Made by a program: the position numbers and the translations under genes. The notes under the pieces are model-generated. The model saw nothing but the letters and a program-made list of their open reading frames with translations, had not been told where the DNA came from and made no database searches. From positions 14,767 to 78,766 of IMG/VR virus record IMGVR_UViG_3300009685_000011: a DNA stretch of 64,000 bases; one strand, 5' to 3'. The stretch comes from a virus (taxonomy: Duplodnaviria; Caudoviricetes). Positions 39,062-48,858 of this stretch are shown one piece after another (within the stretch, counting starts at the first letter, position 1; each line of letters starts with the position of its first letter).

Positions 39062-39603
39062 TATTGATAACTTTTATAGTCCATAATAAACGCACTACTT
39101 CCTACATAATTAGCAAACTTTTTTGCAAACTTGGTAGTACGATAATAATTAGAAATCACGTCTGCACATTTTAGTGGGGAAAAACTGTCTCCGAGTGCAA
39201 CTTTTGCATGGTTAAAAGCATCACGATCTACCTTAAGTGTAGTGTCAAATATAGAGTATTCCAACTCGTTATTAACATACCCTTTACCTGAGATACCTCG
39301 AAAAGTTAGTTGTACTAAAAAATCAGAAAATTCATCACTACTAACTCCTCCGAACAAATCAACTTTAAGTTCGGGTTTCAGAGTTTCAGGGTTAGTTCTA
39401 CATAGGGCGATTTGAAGAGGTTGAAACTCGTCGTATTCTAAAATCCCTCTATCAAGAAAGTACTGTTCCAGATTCTTAACCTCATCTTTAAACCTCCAAA
39501 AGATAGCAAAAATAAACCCCTTTTCCAATGGAATGGGTGGATTGTTTTCTTCACACAATTTTTTAAATTCTTCGTTAATCATCTTGTTATCATTATGGGC
39601 CAT
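39061..39603 (-). CDS. Hypothetical protein coupled to the helicase
   Basis: Intact 180-aa ORF; stop overlaps the helicase start. Confidence 0.65.
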   Translation of the reverse strand: MAHNDNKMINEEFKKLCEENNPPIPLEKGFIFAIFWRFKDEVKNLEQYFLDRGILEYDEFQPLQIALCRTNPETLKPELKVDLFGGVSSDEFSDFLVQLTFRGISGKGYVNNELEYSIFDTTLKVDRDAFNHAKVALGDSFSPLKCADVISNYYRTTKFAKKFANYVGSSAFIMDYKSYQ

Positions 39604-39854
39604 ATAGCCCGATTAAATGTGTCTTGTTGTACAAACTCGCCTCTACCAAGAAACACCGCATCTTCTCGAATGAGTCTGTGTTCTAAAATATGAGTAGCAG
39701 GGAACAATCTCCCTGCTACTTCACAATAACCTTCTATACCTTGTTTTTTATAGGTAGAAGGTGAATAATAAAAGTAATATTTAGGCTGTGATACTACACA
39801 ACTACTTAGCATTAAGATACATAGTAAGAAAAATAATTTGTTCGTTTTCGTCAT
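39579..39854 (-). CDS. Putative lipoprotein
   Basis: Basic N-terminus, hydrophobic core and lipobox LSSC. Confidence 0.65.
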   Translation of the reverse strand: MTKTNKLFFLLCILMLSSCVVSQPKYYFYYSPSTYKKQGIEGYCEVAGRLFPATHILEHRLIREDAVFLGRGEFVQQDTFNRAIWPIMITR

Positions 39855-40150
39855 ACCTTGTCAGTGTTTCCATATCTCTTATTTTTAATTTTAAGCATAT
39901 ATTCAGTGGGATTTTTTAAGTAACCTAACATGTCAACATCCCATTCATTTGGAGTATCTGTTTCATTATCTACTATGACTAAATATTTTTCACCATAAGA
40001 TACTTTTACTTCTACACACTTGTAAAAAATATCGGAAGAGTTACACCCAACTCCGTAATACGGTGGTTTTAATATACAACACCAGTGTTTAGGTGTCGTA
40101 GAGTAAAACTGTGTCCAACCTTTAATACACGGATAAATTTTAGTATGCAT
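39851..40150 (-). CDS. Hypothetical protein
   Basis: Intact coupled ORF. Confidence 0.55.
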   Translation of the reverse strand: MHTKIYPCIKGWTQFYSTTPKHWCCILKPPYYGVGCNSSDIFYKCVEVKVSYGEKYLVIVDNETDTPNEWDVDMLGYLKNPTEYMLKIKNKRYGNTDKV

Positions 40151-40423
40151 TTATGTTTCTTGATAAATTTCTGGAAAGTTATCTAAATCAATAATAGGCT
40201 TTGTAAAAGCAGAACCCATCTTTTCGTAAGATTCTTTTAAATCCTCAAGTGTATCCCAACTCGCAAGACTATACCCATATCCTACAGCAGCATAATTTGT
40301 AGCAACTCCTTCTTCGTAATAGACCTCGGCTATATCAAAAAATCTACAACCTTTTACTACACTTGTTACTACTCTAAAATTCCAACTTGTCGGTACGTTT
40401 ATAATTTCTTTTTGATTATCCAT
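40151..40423 (-). CDS. Conserved phage hypothetical protein (WNFRVV...IAEVYY family)
   Basis: SWNFRV...EVYYE...TLEDLKESYEKM..AFTKPII pattern. Confidence 0.65.
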   Translation of the reverse strand: MDNQKEIINVPTSWNFRVVTSVVKGCRFFDIAEVYYEEGVATNYAAVGYGYSLASWDTLEDLKESYEKMGSAFTKPIIDLDNFPEIYQET

Positions 40424-41628
40424 TCCTGTTTAAATTGTTTTATAAATTCATTCACGTATTTTTCATCCTGAGTATTTGGATAATACATCAAGATAGTTTT
40501 AGGTGCTACACTAAGACCACTTCTTGCGAATTTCTGAACTTGCGTGCCCTGTTTCATTGAAGATTGAAGAATAACTAAGTAATCTACATCCTTAAAATCA
40601 ACCCCACGAGATAACTGACCTACCGAAAATAGGTAAGGTATTTCTTTTTTGTTAAACGCTTCTACTAATTCTAAAGATCCAGGTTTGTTACTGTGTACGC
40701 TAAATTCTTTATTCAAAAAGTCTGCTTGAGTAGTGTTATTGCAGAATACAAGAACCCTTGACCCTTCAGGTAATTGACTAAAGAGTTTTTTAAAATGCCG
40801 ATTTTTAATGTCAGCAAAAAACTTCTTTCGAGTGTTACCTACTCGCATTTTATTATCTCTGCATATTTGTTGAGTAAAACCTTGTTGTTGAAGAAACTGA
40901 ACTGTTTGAGACCTTTCTTCAAAAGGAAGATTAAACTCATCTTCATAAGATTTCCATCTTATGAATTCTTCACAGACAAGTTGATGATACTCTACTTCTG
41001 TGCATTGAATAATTGCATTCCTACTTTTATCCTTGTAAGCGTTCCATCTATCTGGAAATGGAACAACGTTGGGTTTTTTCTTCTTGTTTTTTCCTTTGTG
41101 AAAGAGAAGATACCTGTTCACATTATCCATTTCCAGACTCACCGAATAAATTTTAGGAGCAGGTAAAATACCCCACTCTACAGCCTCGTTAAAAGTAACT
41201 TTAGCGTGGTAATATTTTCCTTTTGTAATCTCCCTAAATATCTGAATATCCTCTTCTTCTAAGGTTCCAGACATTCCTATCCAATGCTTAGGATTCAGTT
41301 CTTTAAGATAAGAAAACCTGTTAGAGGTAAGTAGGTCACACTCGTCTAAACAGATGACATCGTATATGTCTTCAATCTTATGAGCAGATTGATAACACAT
41401 TAGATCAGTCTTGTCTATAAGATGAGGATTGTACTTCTCAAGGTTTTCCTTCCATTGAGAATTAGTAGAGTTAGCACCGCTAAGTATAAGAATTCTCTCA
41501 GGGTTCCATTTATTAATCAAAGCAGTGCTAACAATGCTCTTACCAAATCGAGGCACAAGGTCTAAAAGGAAATTAGAATACTTATTGCTTAACTCAACTA
41601 ACTTCTCTGCGTATTCAAACCTTGTCAT
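40399..41628 (-). CDS. Superfamily 2 helicase (DExD-type)
   Basis: VPRFGKS (motif I), ICLDECD (motif II), IGMSGT (III), LVFCN (IV), LSRGVDF (V), QKFAR (VI). Confidence 0.85.
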   Translation of the reverse strand: MTRFEYAEKLVELSNKYSNFLLDLVPRFGKSIVSTALINKWNPERILILSGANSTNSQWKENLEKYNPHLIDKTDLMCYQSAHKIEDIYDVICLDECDLLTSNRFSYLKELNPKHWIGMSGTLEEEDIQIFREITKGKYYHAKVTFNEAVEWGILPAPKIYSVSLEMDNVNRYLLFHKGKNKKKKPNVVPFPDRWNAYKDKSRNAIIQCTEVEYHQLVCEEFIRWKSYEDEFNLPFEERSQTVQFLQQQGFTQQICRDNKMRVGNTRKKFFADIKNRHFKKLFSQLPEGSRVLVFCNNTTQADFLNKEFSVHSNKPGSLELVEAFNKKEIPYLFSVGQLSRGVDFKDVDYLVILQSSMKQGTQVQKFARSGLSVAPKTILMYYPNTQDEKYVNEFIKQFKQEWIIKKKL

Positions 41629-41969
41629 TCAACGTGCGTTTTATAGTTTTGTCCAAAGATCACACGGTCTGGATTAGTTATAAAATGAATTCCACCCTTT
41701 AGTACTGGTACAGTAAGATTGTTAGTAAAATCAAGAATAATCCCTTTTCCCGGTAATACTTGCTCACACCAATATGCAGTTTGAAGTAATTGATTAGGTA
41801 AGCAAATAATTCCTTTAAACCACACCTTGCCATTTTTCTCAAACATATGGCTAAGAATATAAAGAGTCACTTCTTTGTCTCTACCTATTTTAAAGGCTTT
41901 ACTTAAAGCCTCCTGGATTTGGTCAAGGTTAATTTGTTTGAACTTCAGATAGTTCATCGTTAAGAACAT
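41625..41969 (-). CDS. Hypothetical protein
   Basis: Intact coupled ORF. Confidence 0.55.
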   Translation of the reverse strand: MFLTMNYLKFKQINLDQIQEALSKAFKIGRDKEVTLYILSHMFEKNGKVWFKGIICLPNQLLQTAYWCEQVLPGKGIILDFTNNLTVPVLKGGIHFITNPDRVIFGQNYKTHVE

Positions 41970-42171
41970 TTAAAACTTTTGTACGAATGAATGATTGACC
42001 AATTGAAAAACCCACGTTTTCTCCTAACAAAGTTGACAAGGTAATATAATTAGCAAGAATTGTAGCCTTTGTCTTAGAGAGTTTTAGATATTTAAACAAA
42101 TCGTCTTCACTATTAATACCTTCTTCAGAGAGTAAACCTCTAAAATAATCTATACTTGTTTGTTTATACAT
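41929..42171 (-). CDS. Hypothetical protein
   Basis: Intact coupled ORF. Confidence 0.55.
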   Translation of the reverse strand: MYKQTSIDYFRGLLSEEGINSEDDLFKYLKLSKTKATILANYITLSTLLGENVGFSIGQSFIRTKVLNVLNDELSEVQTN

Positions 42172-42493
42172 AGTAAGGTTTTCCTTTTGTTTGCGAAAAG
42201 TATTTAAAATGAATTTGAGGGAGAATATCTGATTCTCTTAATGAGTTTTTAATCATTACAGGATGAATTAACAAAGAGTCACTAATAGATGCAATATTAT
42301 CCCACACTCTAACAGGAATGTGTTTATGATATTGTACTATTTTATCTTCTTCAAACTCCACATAATAATTCTTAATTGTACCCTCACCTATGTTTTGTAT
42401 TTCGTTTGTAGTACAATTAAGAAATTTAGCAGCATCGTCTTTGGTTGGAAACTCAAGGTATTCTTCTTCGTTAAACAAGATTACTTTTGTCAT
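42164..42493 (-). CDS. NUMOD1-like small DNA-binding protein
   Basis: EFPTKDDAAKFLNC...I and a second degenerate repeat (VWDNIASISDSL); no nuclease domain. Confidence 0.45.
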   Translation of the reverse strand: MTKVILFNEEEYLEFPTKDDAAKFLNCTTNEIQNIGEGTIKNYYVEFEEDKIVQYHKHIPVRVWDNIASISDSLLIHPVMIKNSLRESDILPQIHFKYFSQTKGKPYYV

Positions 42494-42517
42494 TACCAGT
42501 TGTAAAGATTTGTAGTA

Positions 42518-42889
42518 TTAAACAGTTCTTTTGCTATTCTGCTTGATAAAATCATATAATTGTTCTGCTGTGAGATTACACTCATATTCTTTTACTAATA
42601 TTTTACAACCCTTTTGATTTAATTCATCTGCAACTGTGTATGGATAATTTCCAGCATTGATATAAAGATTAAGAGGATATTCATCCTGTTCGAGTACAGT
42701 TATTTTAATTGTTTTTGTCATTTTAAATGTTTTTATAAATTCTTTTGCAGTAACGCCTTTAAATCCTATTGATTTAATTTCCATCCAATCTTTGTCTTTT
42801 CGCTCTTTGAGGTATTTTCTAAATACTCTTTTAAAGCAATTATCATTGGAGTATTCATTTGTTTTGAAAATGGTGCTTTTGAACCTCAT
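42518..42889 (-). CDS. Hypothetical protein
   Basis: Intact ORF; true start may be downstream. Confidence 0.5.
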   Translation of the reverse strand: MRFKSTIFKTNEYSNDNCFKRVFRKYLKERKDKDWMEIKSIGFKGVTAKEFIKTFKMTKTIKITVLEQDEYPLNLYINAGNYPYTVADELNQKGCKILVKEYECNLTAEQLYDFIKQNSKRTV

Positions 42890-43040
42890 ATTGGCTACCT
42901 AAAGCAATTTTTAGTTTCAATAGAGCAATTTCTTCTCTTAAATCATTCATGCACTCCATTAAAACGTCATAAACCATTTTACTTTCTTCGTGCTGAAGAG
43001 AGTCTCTGAATTTAGTTTCTTTTTTCATCAGTGTTTCCAA
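42855..43040 (-). CDS. Hypothetical small helical protein
   Basis: Overlaps the end of the polymerase gene. Confidence 0.5.
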   Translation of the reverse strand: METLMKKETKFRDSLQHEESKMVYDVLMECMNDLREEIALLKLKIALGSQYEVQKHHFQNK

Positions 43041-46000
43041 TAATTAGCAATTTCTGCTTCTGCTCCCATAGGGACTTGTTGACAAATATATCTACCTGCA
43101 TGTATCATACTTTCAGAAATAATTTTAGAAAATGCTTCTGAGTCTTCCACTGTAGTCTCACCAATAATTTCATCGTGAACTACATTTACTAAACTACGAT
43201 TAGGATTTTCAGCAAATGTATTGTAGATTAAAATGCAAGCAAGTTTACTCATCGAAGCAGCATTACCTTGAATACGATAATTAAGTCCTTTTCTCTCTAA
43301 AGAACCTTTTAGAATCATGTAGTCTTTCCAGATATTAGGGTAAAGAATTTTCAACTCTTGTTTGAAATCCTCTTTTTTTTCTTTAGGCCAAGTCTTGTAA
43401 TCCTCTGGATAATAAGACATTGCTTCTTTCCATAATTCTTGCATCCTGCTAAATTGAGGAAAAAAGTATCTTTTATGAGTATAAGAGTCCAGTTCAATCC
43501 ACCCTCTCTTAACCGCTTCTTTTTTGGTCTTTTCGAAGTCTTCTTTAAGACCTGGAAAACCATCAAAATAGGCTTGAATAAAAGCATCTGCTTCTTCTTC
43601 TGTCACTTGAAGAGTATGCTTAAGAGAAGTAGAAGATGCTCCATAAGATAAAGCAAAGTTTAGTGCTTTGGCTATATTACGAGCCTTAGGATCAGATTTC
43701 TTAGTGATAATTATGGAATCATCTCTACGAATTACTCTTTGCATGTTTGTCGCTGCAAAAGAGTGCATGTCATCTCCGAATATACTATGGCCTTTTACAA
43801 AGAAATCAATCAATGTTTTTACACCTGATACATCTGCCAGAATTCTTGCTCCAGTTTAACCAAACTGGCTGGACTTTCTCTTCACCATCTCTGTCAAGTT
43901 CAGGTGTACTTCGTAAAGTCTCTACATTTGCCCACATACTATTATAGAATGACAGTTCTAAGTATGTTGCTAACACGGGATTAGATGAGGGTCTTTCCCC
44001 GTTTTAGAAGTATATTGCCTTTTAGGTTTCCCTAAAAGCGAGCCAAATTTCAGATATTTTCTCTCTAAGAAATTAATATCTGCCTCTGAATAAAGTAGAT
44101 CATAAATAACATGGAGTTCTTTTTGCTTAAATAAATTAACACTGTACTGAGGATTTTTCCTGCTTTTTGTGTCTATAGATTTAGTGGCTGAAAACCCCTG
44201 ACTTTTTAAAAAATTATACAATTGGTCAATAAAAATTTCTGACCCCGATACAATTTGTAAACGTGCATCGTAGGAACCGTCGTCTCTTTTATTAGACCTG
44301 GAGATACAACCGTCTCCGTCGAATACTCCCCTGAAAAAGTGCCACGTTATAGGATATAGAAATTCTATTGTTAAACTTTTTCTATATGTAATCCCATAAA
44401 CAAGTAACTTTTCAGAAAGTCCTTTGCATCGAGTTGAAAATCTGTATAATTTCTTCCCTCTTTTAGGTAAAATACTATTTATATTCAAGAAAGGGTTCAT
44501 AAAATTTCTAAATTTTTCTACCCATTCTTTATCAATAGTTTCAAAAACAATCGCATTGTTAGTTAAACAACCATCTGCTACAATAGCACCTAACCAGTAC
44601 TGAACGGCAGGGTTTGAATAGTCATCAAAAATATTAATGTCTATATTTCTCCAACGCTCAGACGTTCCAACTACAGGTATGTTATTTTTTAACAAAATTC
44701 TCCTAATAGTTGTATTGTAGGTATTTAATTCTTTTGCAATTTGTACTTGAGTTTTACCTGATAAATACTGATGAATAATGTAATCTACTTTATCTTTAGA
44801 GTATTTCATATATTGATTATTTTTTGCAAAAGTACAACATACCGTACCAACGAAAAAAATAGTCTTATATAATCACTTACTCACGGTTAATTTTTTTTGT
44901 TAACTCTTGTGATGCAAAGTCGCAATTTACCCAAATTTTATCCTTAGTTTTAAAACACTCTCTATATTCCTTACCAGATGGAATATTTTGAAGGTTTGGA
45001 TTAGTACTGGACATTCGAGAGGTATTCATATATTGATTATAAGAAGAATGCACTCTGTAAGTAATAGGATGTACATACTTCAACCAGTCTTCTCCAAAGG
45101 TAGTATATGCTTGCTCCGCTTTTTTCAGAAGCAAATAATTAAGAATAAGACTCTCGTTATCTACTATCTCTGTTTCTTGATTAGCATAAAACCTGTCTCT
45201 ATTTTCCGTTGAAAGAAGGTTAAATAAAGCCTTGGCTCTTACTGTCCATTCTATTCTTTTAGTTTGTTTAGATTTTTCTTTAGGACAGAATTCTAAGTAC
45301 CTAAAATACTCGATAACTTGTTTAGAAGAAGACCATTGAATAGTACAAGTAGGTTTAGAAGTAAACAGATCTACTTTAGAGGCAAATCTTGGACAAGTAG
45401 ACTCTACATAGTTGTTCAGTTTTTCCAGTCTCCTTATATATACTTCTTTGTTTTGTAAAGCAAGGTTTTTCCATTGAAGGCTGTCAAATCCCATTCCAGT
45501 TACTTCCAAATGTGCAAGGACTTGAGTGAATTTGTTTTCAAGTTTAAAACCTATTTCAGGTTTGTACAACTCTTCCCCTACTAATCTTCCTTGACGTTGA
45601 ATTTCATATATTTGTAGAGGAGCAACTATGTCATTTACACCATACTCTATTTGTGCCTTTGTAAAAGGGCTGTCACCTATTTCTACAAAACCTAATCGTA
45701 TAGATTTGTCAACATATTGGATGGGTTCCTCTTTATAGTCCAGTAAACTTAGTTCATCTAATTCAACTTCATCGTCTTCTGAAACAGGTTCAGAGAATAA
45801 ATCTGTATCTTCTACAGATTTTATTCCCAAATATCTATCCATGAGTCCTTTAAGAGAGTATGAAAAGGTAATACCATTGTAAAGCACTTTTTCTGCAATC
45901 ATGGTATCCCATACATTTACAAGTAAAGACTTATAATTGACTAAAAAGTGCTTGCCTTCAAACTTAAGGTTATGACCTACTTTTAAAATTTTCTCATCTT

Positions 46001-46313
46001 CAAAGATTTCTTTTAAAAAAGAACAGTCCACAACTCTTGCATCAATAACGAATCTTTTTTCAAGAGTACCTACTTGCACCATAACAATCCTTGATACATA
46101 CGGATCAAGACCTGGTCTGTATATAAATTCATTATACATTCCTTTAGGGTACTTTCGTCCCGTTTCTATATCTACTCCTATTATAGATTGGCTTTTCAAA
46201 TAAGCCAAGCACTCTTCTATGCTACAAGAAGGATATTCTTCAAATAAGGTATTTCCTATAAAGTATGTCATTTTCCACAGCCCATATAAAACATTCCCAT
46301 TATAAACAGACAA
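43028..46313 (-). CDS. polA: Family A DNA polymerase with 3'-5' exonuclease, spliced: exon 1 46313-44903, exon 2 43848-43028 (743 aa from tracked start)
   Basis: Exo motifs (GVDIET, VGHNLKFE, YGVND), RMSSTNPNLQNIP; splice GAG T|CA AGA restores motif A DFASQESRILA; motif B RNIAKALNFALSYG; motif C NVVHDEI. Confidence 0.93.
43970..44809 (-). CDS. Intron-encoded double-motif LAGLIDADG homing endonuclease with N-terminal HTH
   Basis: YWLGAIVADGC and FFRGVFDGDGC motifs; N-terminal GKTQVQIAKELN...TIRRIL HTH. Confidence 0.9.
   Translation of the reverse strand: MKYSKDKVDYIIHQYLSGKTQVQIAKELNTYNTTIRRILLKNNIPVVGTSERWRNIDINIFDDYSNPAVQYWLGAIVADGCLTNNAIVFETIDKEWVEKFRNFMNPFLNINSILPKRGKKLYRFSTRCKGLSEKLLVYGITYRKSLTIEFLYPITWHFFRGVFDGDGCISRSNKRDDGSYDARLQIVSGSEIFIDQLYNFLKSQGFSATKSIDTKSRKNPQYSVNLFKQKELHVIYDLLYSEADINFLERKYLKFGSLLGKPKRQYTSKTGKDPHLIPC
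44827..44834 (-). promoter_or_regulatory. Bacteroidota-type -7 promoter box (TACTTTTG) for the LAGLIDADG endonuclease
   Basis: Exact TAnnTTTG match 18 nt upstream of the ATG at 44809. Confidence 0.6.
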
Positions 46314-46362
46314 ACTACAATTAATTCTAACAAATTTGATGTGTTTTTATCTATTTCTATTT

Positions 46363-46824
46363 TCATAATAATATTTTTTTATCTATGTTCCAACTATAAC
46401 CATAGTCATAGCATTTAATTACACCACGAGGAGAATACCCCATTTGAAATTTTATTTCCGCCTCCACTAAGTCATGGCGATAGATTACATTATAAATTTT
46501 ATTGTCACATTTTTTAAAAAGAGCATTAGAAGTTTTGAACCTATGCCTTGAAACTTTTTCTTGTATAATCCAAGTAAAACTTGGACACCAATCATAAATC
46601 TTGGCAAAATGCTTTATATCCTTTTTATCAGAACCGAAATATACATTGTATTCACATTCGTTTTGTAAATAGCCAATATTATTTCTGGCTACTTTAATAA
46701 CCTTGTTTCCTACAACAAGACACATACGAGAACTACCTCTGTATACTTTTCCGTATTTTTTTAGTACTTTGTATTTTTGACTATACGAAGTACAGGCATC
46801 TAATTCTTTAATAATGTTTTTCAT
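46363..46824 (-). CDS. Minimal protein-kinase-like protein
   Basis: GSSR (Gly loop), VIKVA (beta3 Lys), QN..E (helix C Glu), IIQEKV (hinge), RHDL and terminal CYDYG (DFG-like). Confidence 0.6.
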   Translation of the reverse strand: MKNIIKELDACTSYSQKYKVLKKYGKVYRGSSRMCLVVGNKVIKVARNNIGYLQNECEYNVYFGSDKKDIKHFAKIYDWCPSFTWIIQEKVSRHRFKTSNALFKKCDNKIYNVIYRHDLVEAEIKFQMGYSPRGVIKCYDYGYSWNIDKKILL

Positions 46825-46970
46825 TTGTTACTAAATAGATACAAAACTACATAAACAGGCCAAAATAAAATAGAAAGCAATATGGCAATAAAAGCAGCAT
46901 CTATTCTATCTCCTTTTTTATAGTCTGAAAAACAGGTATAGATATAATTATCCCAAATGCAAGATAAAGA

Positions 46971-47216
46971 CTAATAATCAGCATATACTGTAATAAGATT
47001 AGTATGTGAATCGTAAACATTCAATCCTTTTTTAGAGCCGTAAGTTACCCACGTTTTAAGAAAAGGGTATTCAGTATTAATCCATTCGGACGCTTCTTTA
47101 GCACTTGTATTTATCAATGTTAGTTTTAATATAGTTTTTATCAATAGTTTTTCTCTCTCATAAGCATCTTGTAACTCTTCAAAATGTTTATATTCAAGTG
47201 TTATTTGTCTGTCCAT
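46971..47216 (-). CDS. Hypothetical protein
   Basis: Intact coupled ORF. Confidence 0.6.
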   Translation of the reverse strand: MDRQITLEYKHFEELQDAYEREKLLIKTILKLTLINTSAKEASEWINTEYPFLKTWVTYGSKKGLNVYDSHTNLITVYADY

Positions 47217-48858
47217 AATAATTAAATACTTTAAGTTTTTTCTTCTCTACCCACTGTCCTATTAATCTTTCACACACAAAAGTCACAAAATTATAATAAT
47301 CAAGACCTGTTGCCTCTTTTAGTTTTTCAGCAGAAAGTCCTGACTTATAATTTGCGTCTTGATTTGCAAGTTCCCAATACTTGTTTTCTAATAGGTAAAG
47401 AGCAGGAGTGATTACAGTGTTAATATACTCAAGATAAATTTCTGTCTTTAAGAGAAAGAAATTAGAGTATATTGTGTTTTTAGGCTCATTTGTAGGCAGG
47501 TTTAAATCTTTACAAACAAGTTTAAACAAGTTCATAAACCCTGGATGAGCCTTTTCTGTAAACTTCAAGTAAGGTTGCCCCAAAGGTTTACAGAAGTTGA
47601 TGCAATCTGCGTCTTTATCAAGAAGAGAATATACCCGTTTCTTGTATAGTCCTGTTTTAAAGGGGAACTTCCAGGAAAAGAATCCAGTCCACTTTAAATC
47701 TGGGTTAATGTCCTTAAGACAAGCGAGCATTACGTTATATTCAAACCTCCAAGTTTTATGAATAAGGGTTTTAGACTTATTCATAATAGGTTTGAACTCC
47801 CAAGGTTGACTATCTTGGTATCTTATTGTATAGATGTTTTGCTCTGGATAAACTTCTTCTTTATTCATTACTTGTTCTATGATTTCATCCCTTCTCTTTA
47901 CTGACTCCATGAAATCAACTTCTTTTGCTTTTTGAGAAGTCAATTGTTTTAATTCCCAAAGTTTTTCCTTATCCTTACAAACTTCCAACGTTTTAGTACA
48001 CCATTCTTTTTCTTTGACGTAGATATGACCTACATCAGGAAAATCTTTTTTATTCTTATATAGTTCGTCTAATAGGCATAGAGATTGAGATACTCCTGCT
48101 TCCATTACTCTAAGAGAGGATTTACACTTATTAAAGTGATTATCTTTCAAAGGACATAGAATAACATCAAACTCATTATAGAGACTGATGTAATCATCAA
48201 CTGGTCTTCCTTCAATAAACTTTCCCAAGTCTCTAAACTGAATCCAATGGTGCTTAGCAGTTTCATGCCAACCTCCTATTAGAAATTCACAGTTTTCTTT
48301 AAACCATTGATTTCTAATCAAAGTGTTTAACCACGGTTTAATCTCAAGGTAATCAGACTTGTGATAGAAAGAACCTACAAGTCCTACTTTGATTTTACGA
48401 GACATGAATTCTTCTTTAGTTTCTTCTTTTGGAAGAAATTGCTCGTGTCCATAAGGAATTTTATTAGGAATAACTTCTACCCAAGGATTATACTTAGAAA
48501 GTTCTTCAGCAAGTGTTTCTGTGCTTGTGGTTACACAGTCTGCTAAAAATAACAACTCTTTAAATCCTTGAGAATTTTTAAATAATTCTCTGTTTGGGTA
48601 GTCTTGAGGAATGTCAAAAGAATCATCCCTGTCATAGATGATTTTAAACCCATACAAAGACTTCCAAAGACTGTACATTGCTGCTTGGTATTTGGAAGTT
48701 CTTATATAGAGAAGATCAAATTCCTTTACTATTTCTTCGGTTACTTCTTCTTTCTGAATAAAAGTAACGTCATGTTTAGAAAACTTTAGGAGGTTCAGTC
48801 TATGATAAGACGAACCTCCCTTGTCTCCTATTGCGAGTATTTTTATTGTTTTATCCAC
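47194..48858 (-). CDS. Two-domain glycosyltransferase (GT-B/GT4-like N-terminus plus a second GT-like C-terminal domain)
   Basis: SSYHRL, IYDRDD, ADCVTTSTETLAE, VIPN, DVILCPL..NHFNKCKS.LRVMEAG; C-terminal domain TGFFSWKF...NFFL...FVCERL resembles capsule-synthesis GT-like domains. Confidence 0.8.
   Translation of the reverse strand: MDKTIKILAIGDKGGSSYHRLNLLKFSKHDVTFIQKEEVTEEIVKEFDLLYIRTSKYQAAMYSLWKSLYGFKIIYDRDDSFDIPQDYPNRELFKNSQGFKELLFLADCVTTSTETLAEELSKYNPWVEVIPNKIPYGHEQFLPKEETKEEFMSRKIKVGLVGSFYHKSDYLEIKPWLNTLIRNQWFKENCEFLIGGWHETAKHHWIQFRDLGKFIEGRPVDDYISLYNEFDVILCPLKDNHFNKCKSSLRVMEAGVSQSLCLLDELYKNKKDFPDVGHIYVKEKEWCTKTLEVCKDKEKLWELKQLTSQKAKEVDFMESVKRRDEIIEQVMNKEEVYPEQNIYTIRYQDSQPWEFKPIMNKSKTLIHKTWRFEYNVMLACLKDINPDLKWTGFFSWKFPFKTGLYKKRVYSLLDKDADCINFCKPLGQPYLKFTEKAHPGFMNLFKLVCKDLNLPTNEPKNTIYSNFFLLKTEIYLEYINTVITPALYLLENKYWELANQDANYKSGLSAEKLKEATGLDYYNFVTFVCERLIGQWVEKKKLKVFNYYGQTNNT

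Larger units (their letters stand above)
43849..44902 (-). mobile_element. Group I intron (IB-like, 1054 nt) in polA motif A
   Basis: P1 GAGU|UAA pairs with UUGGCUC after the endonuclease ORF. P2 CTTTTAGG-GAAA-CCTAAAAG, P3 TACTTC/GAAGTA, P4 CGGG/CCCG, P7 GACTTT/AAAGTC, P9 CCAGTTT/AAACTGG, terminal G at 43849. Confidence 0.92.

Noticed and set aside
43849-44902. Intein interpretation of the LAGLIDADG insert in polA
   Set aside because: Exon 1 hits a stop at 44877, the endonuclease has its own ATG, there are no Cys/His-Asn splice residues, and a full group I RNA core is present.
46824-46990. Apparent frameshifted small membrane gene (MLIISLYLAFGIIISIPVF / SDYKKGDRIDAAFIAILLSILFWPVY) at a T5 run
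   Set aside because: One extra T would fuse the halves, but a homopolymer error or decay is more likely than programmed frameshifting; not supportable without reads.
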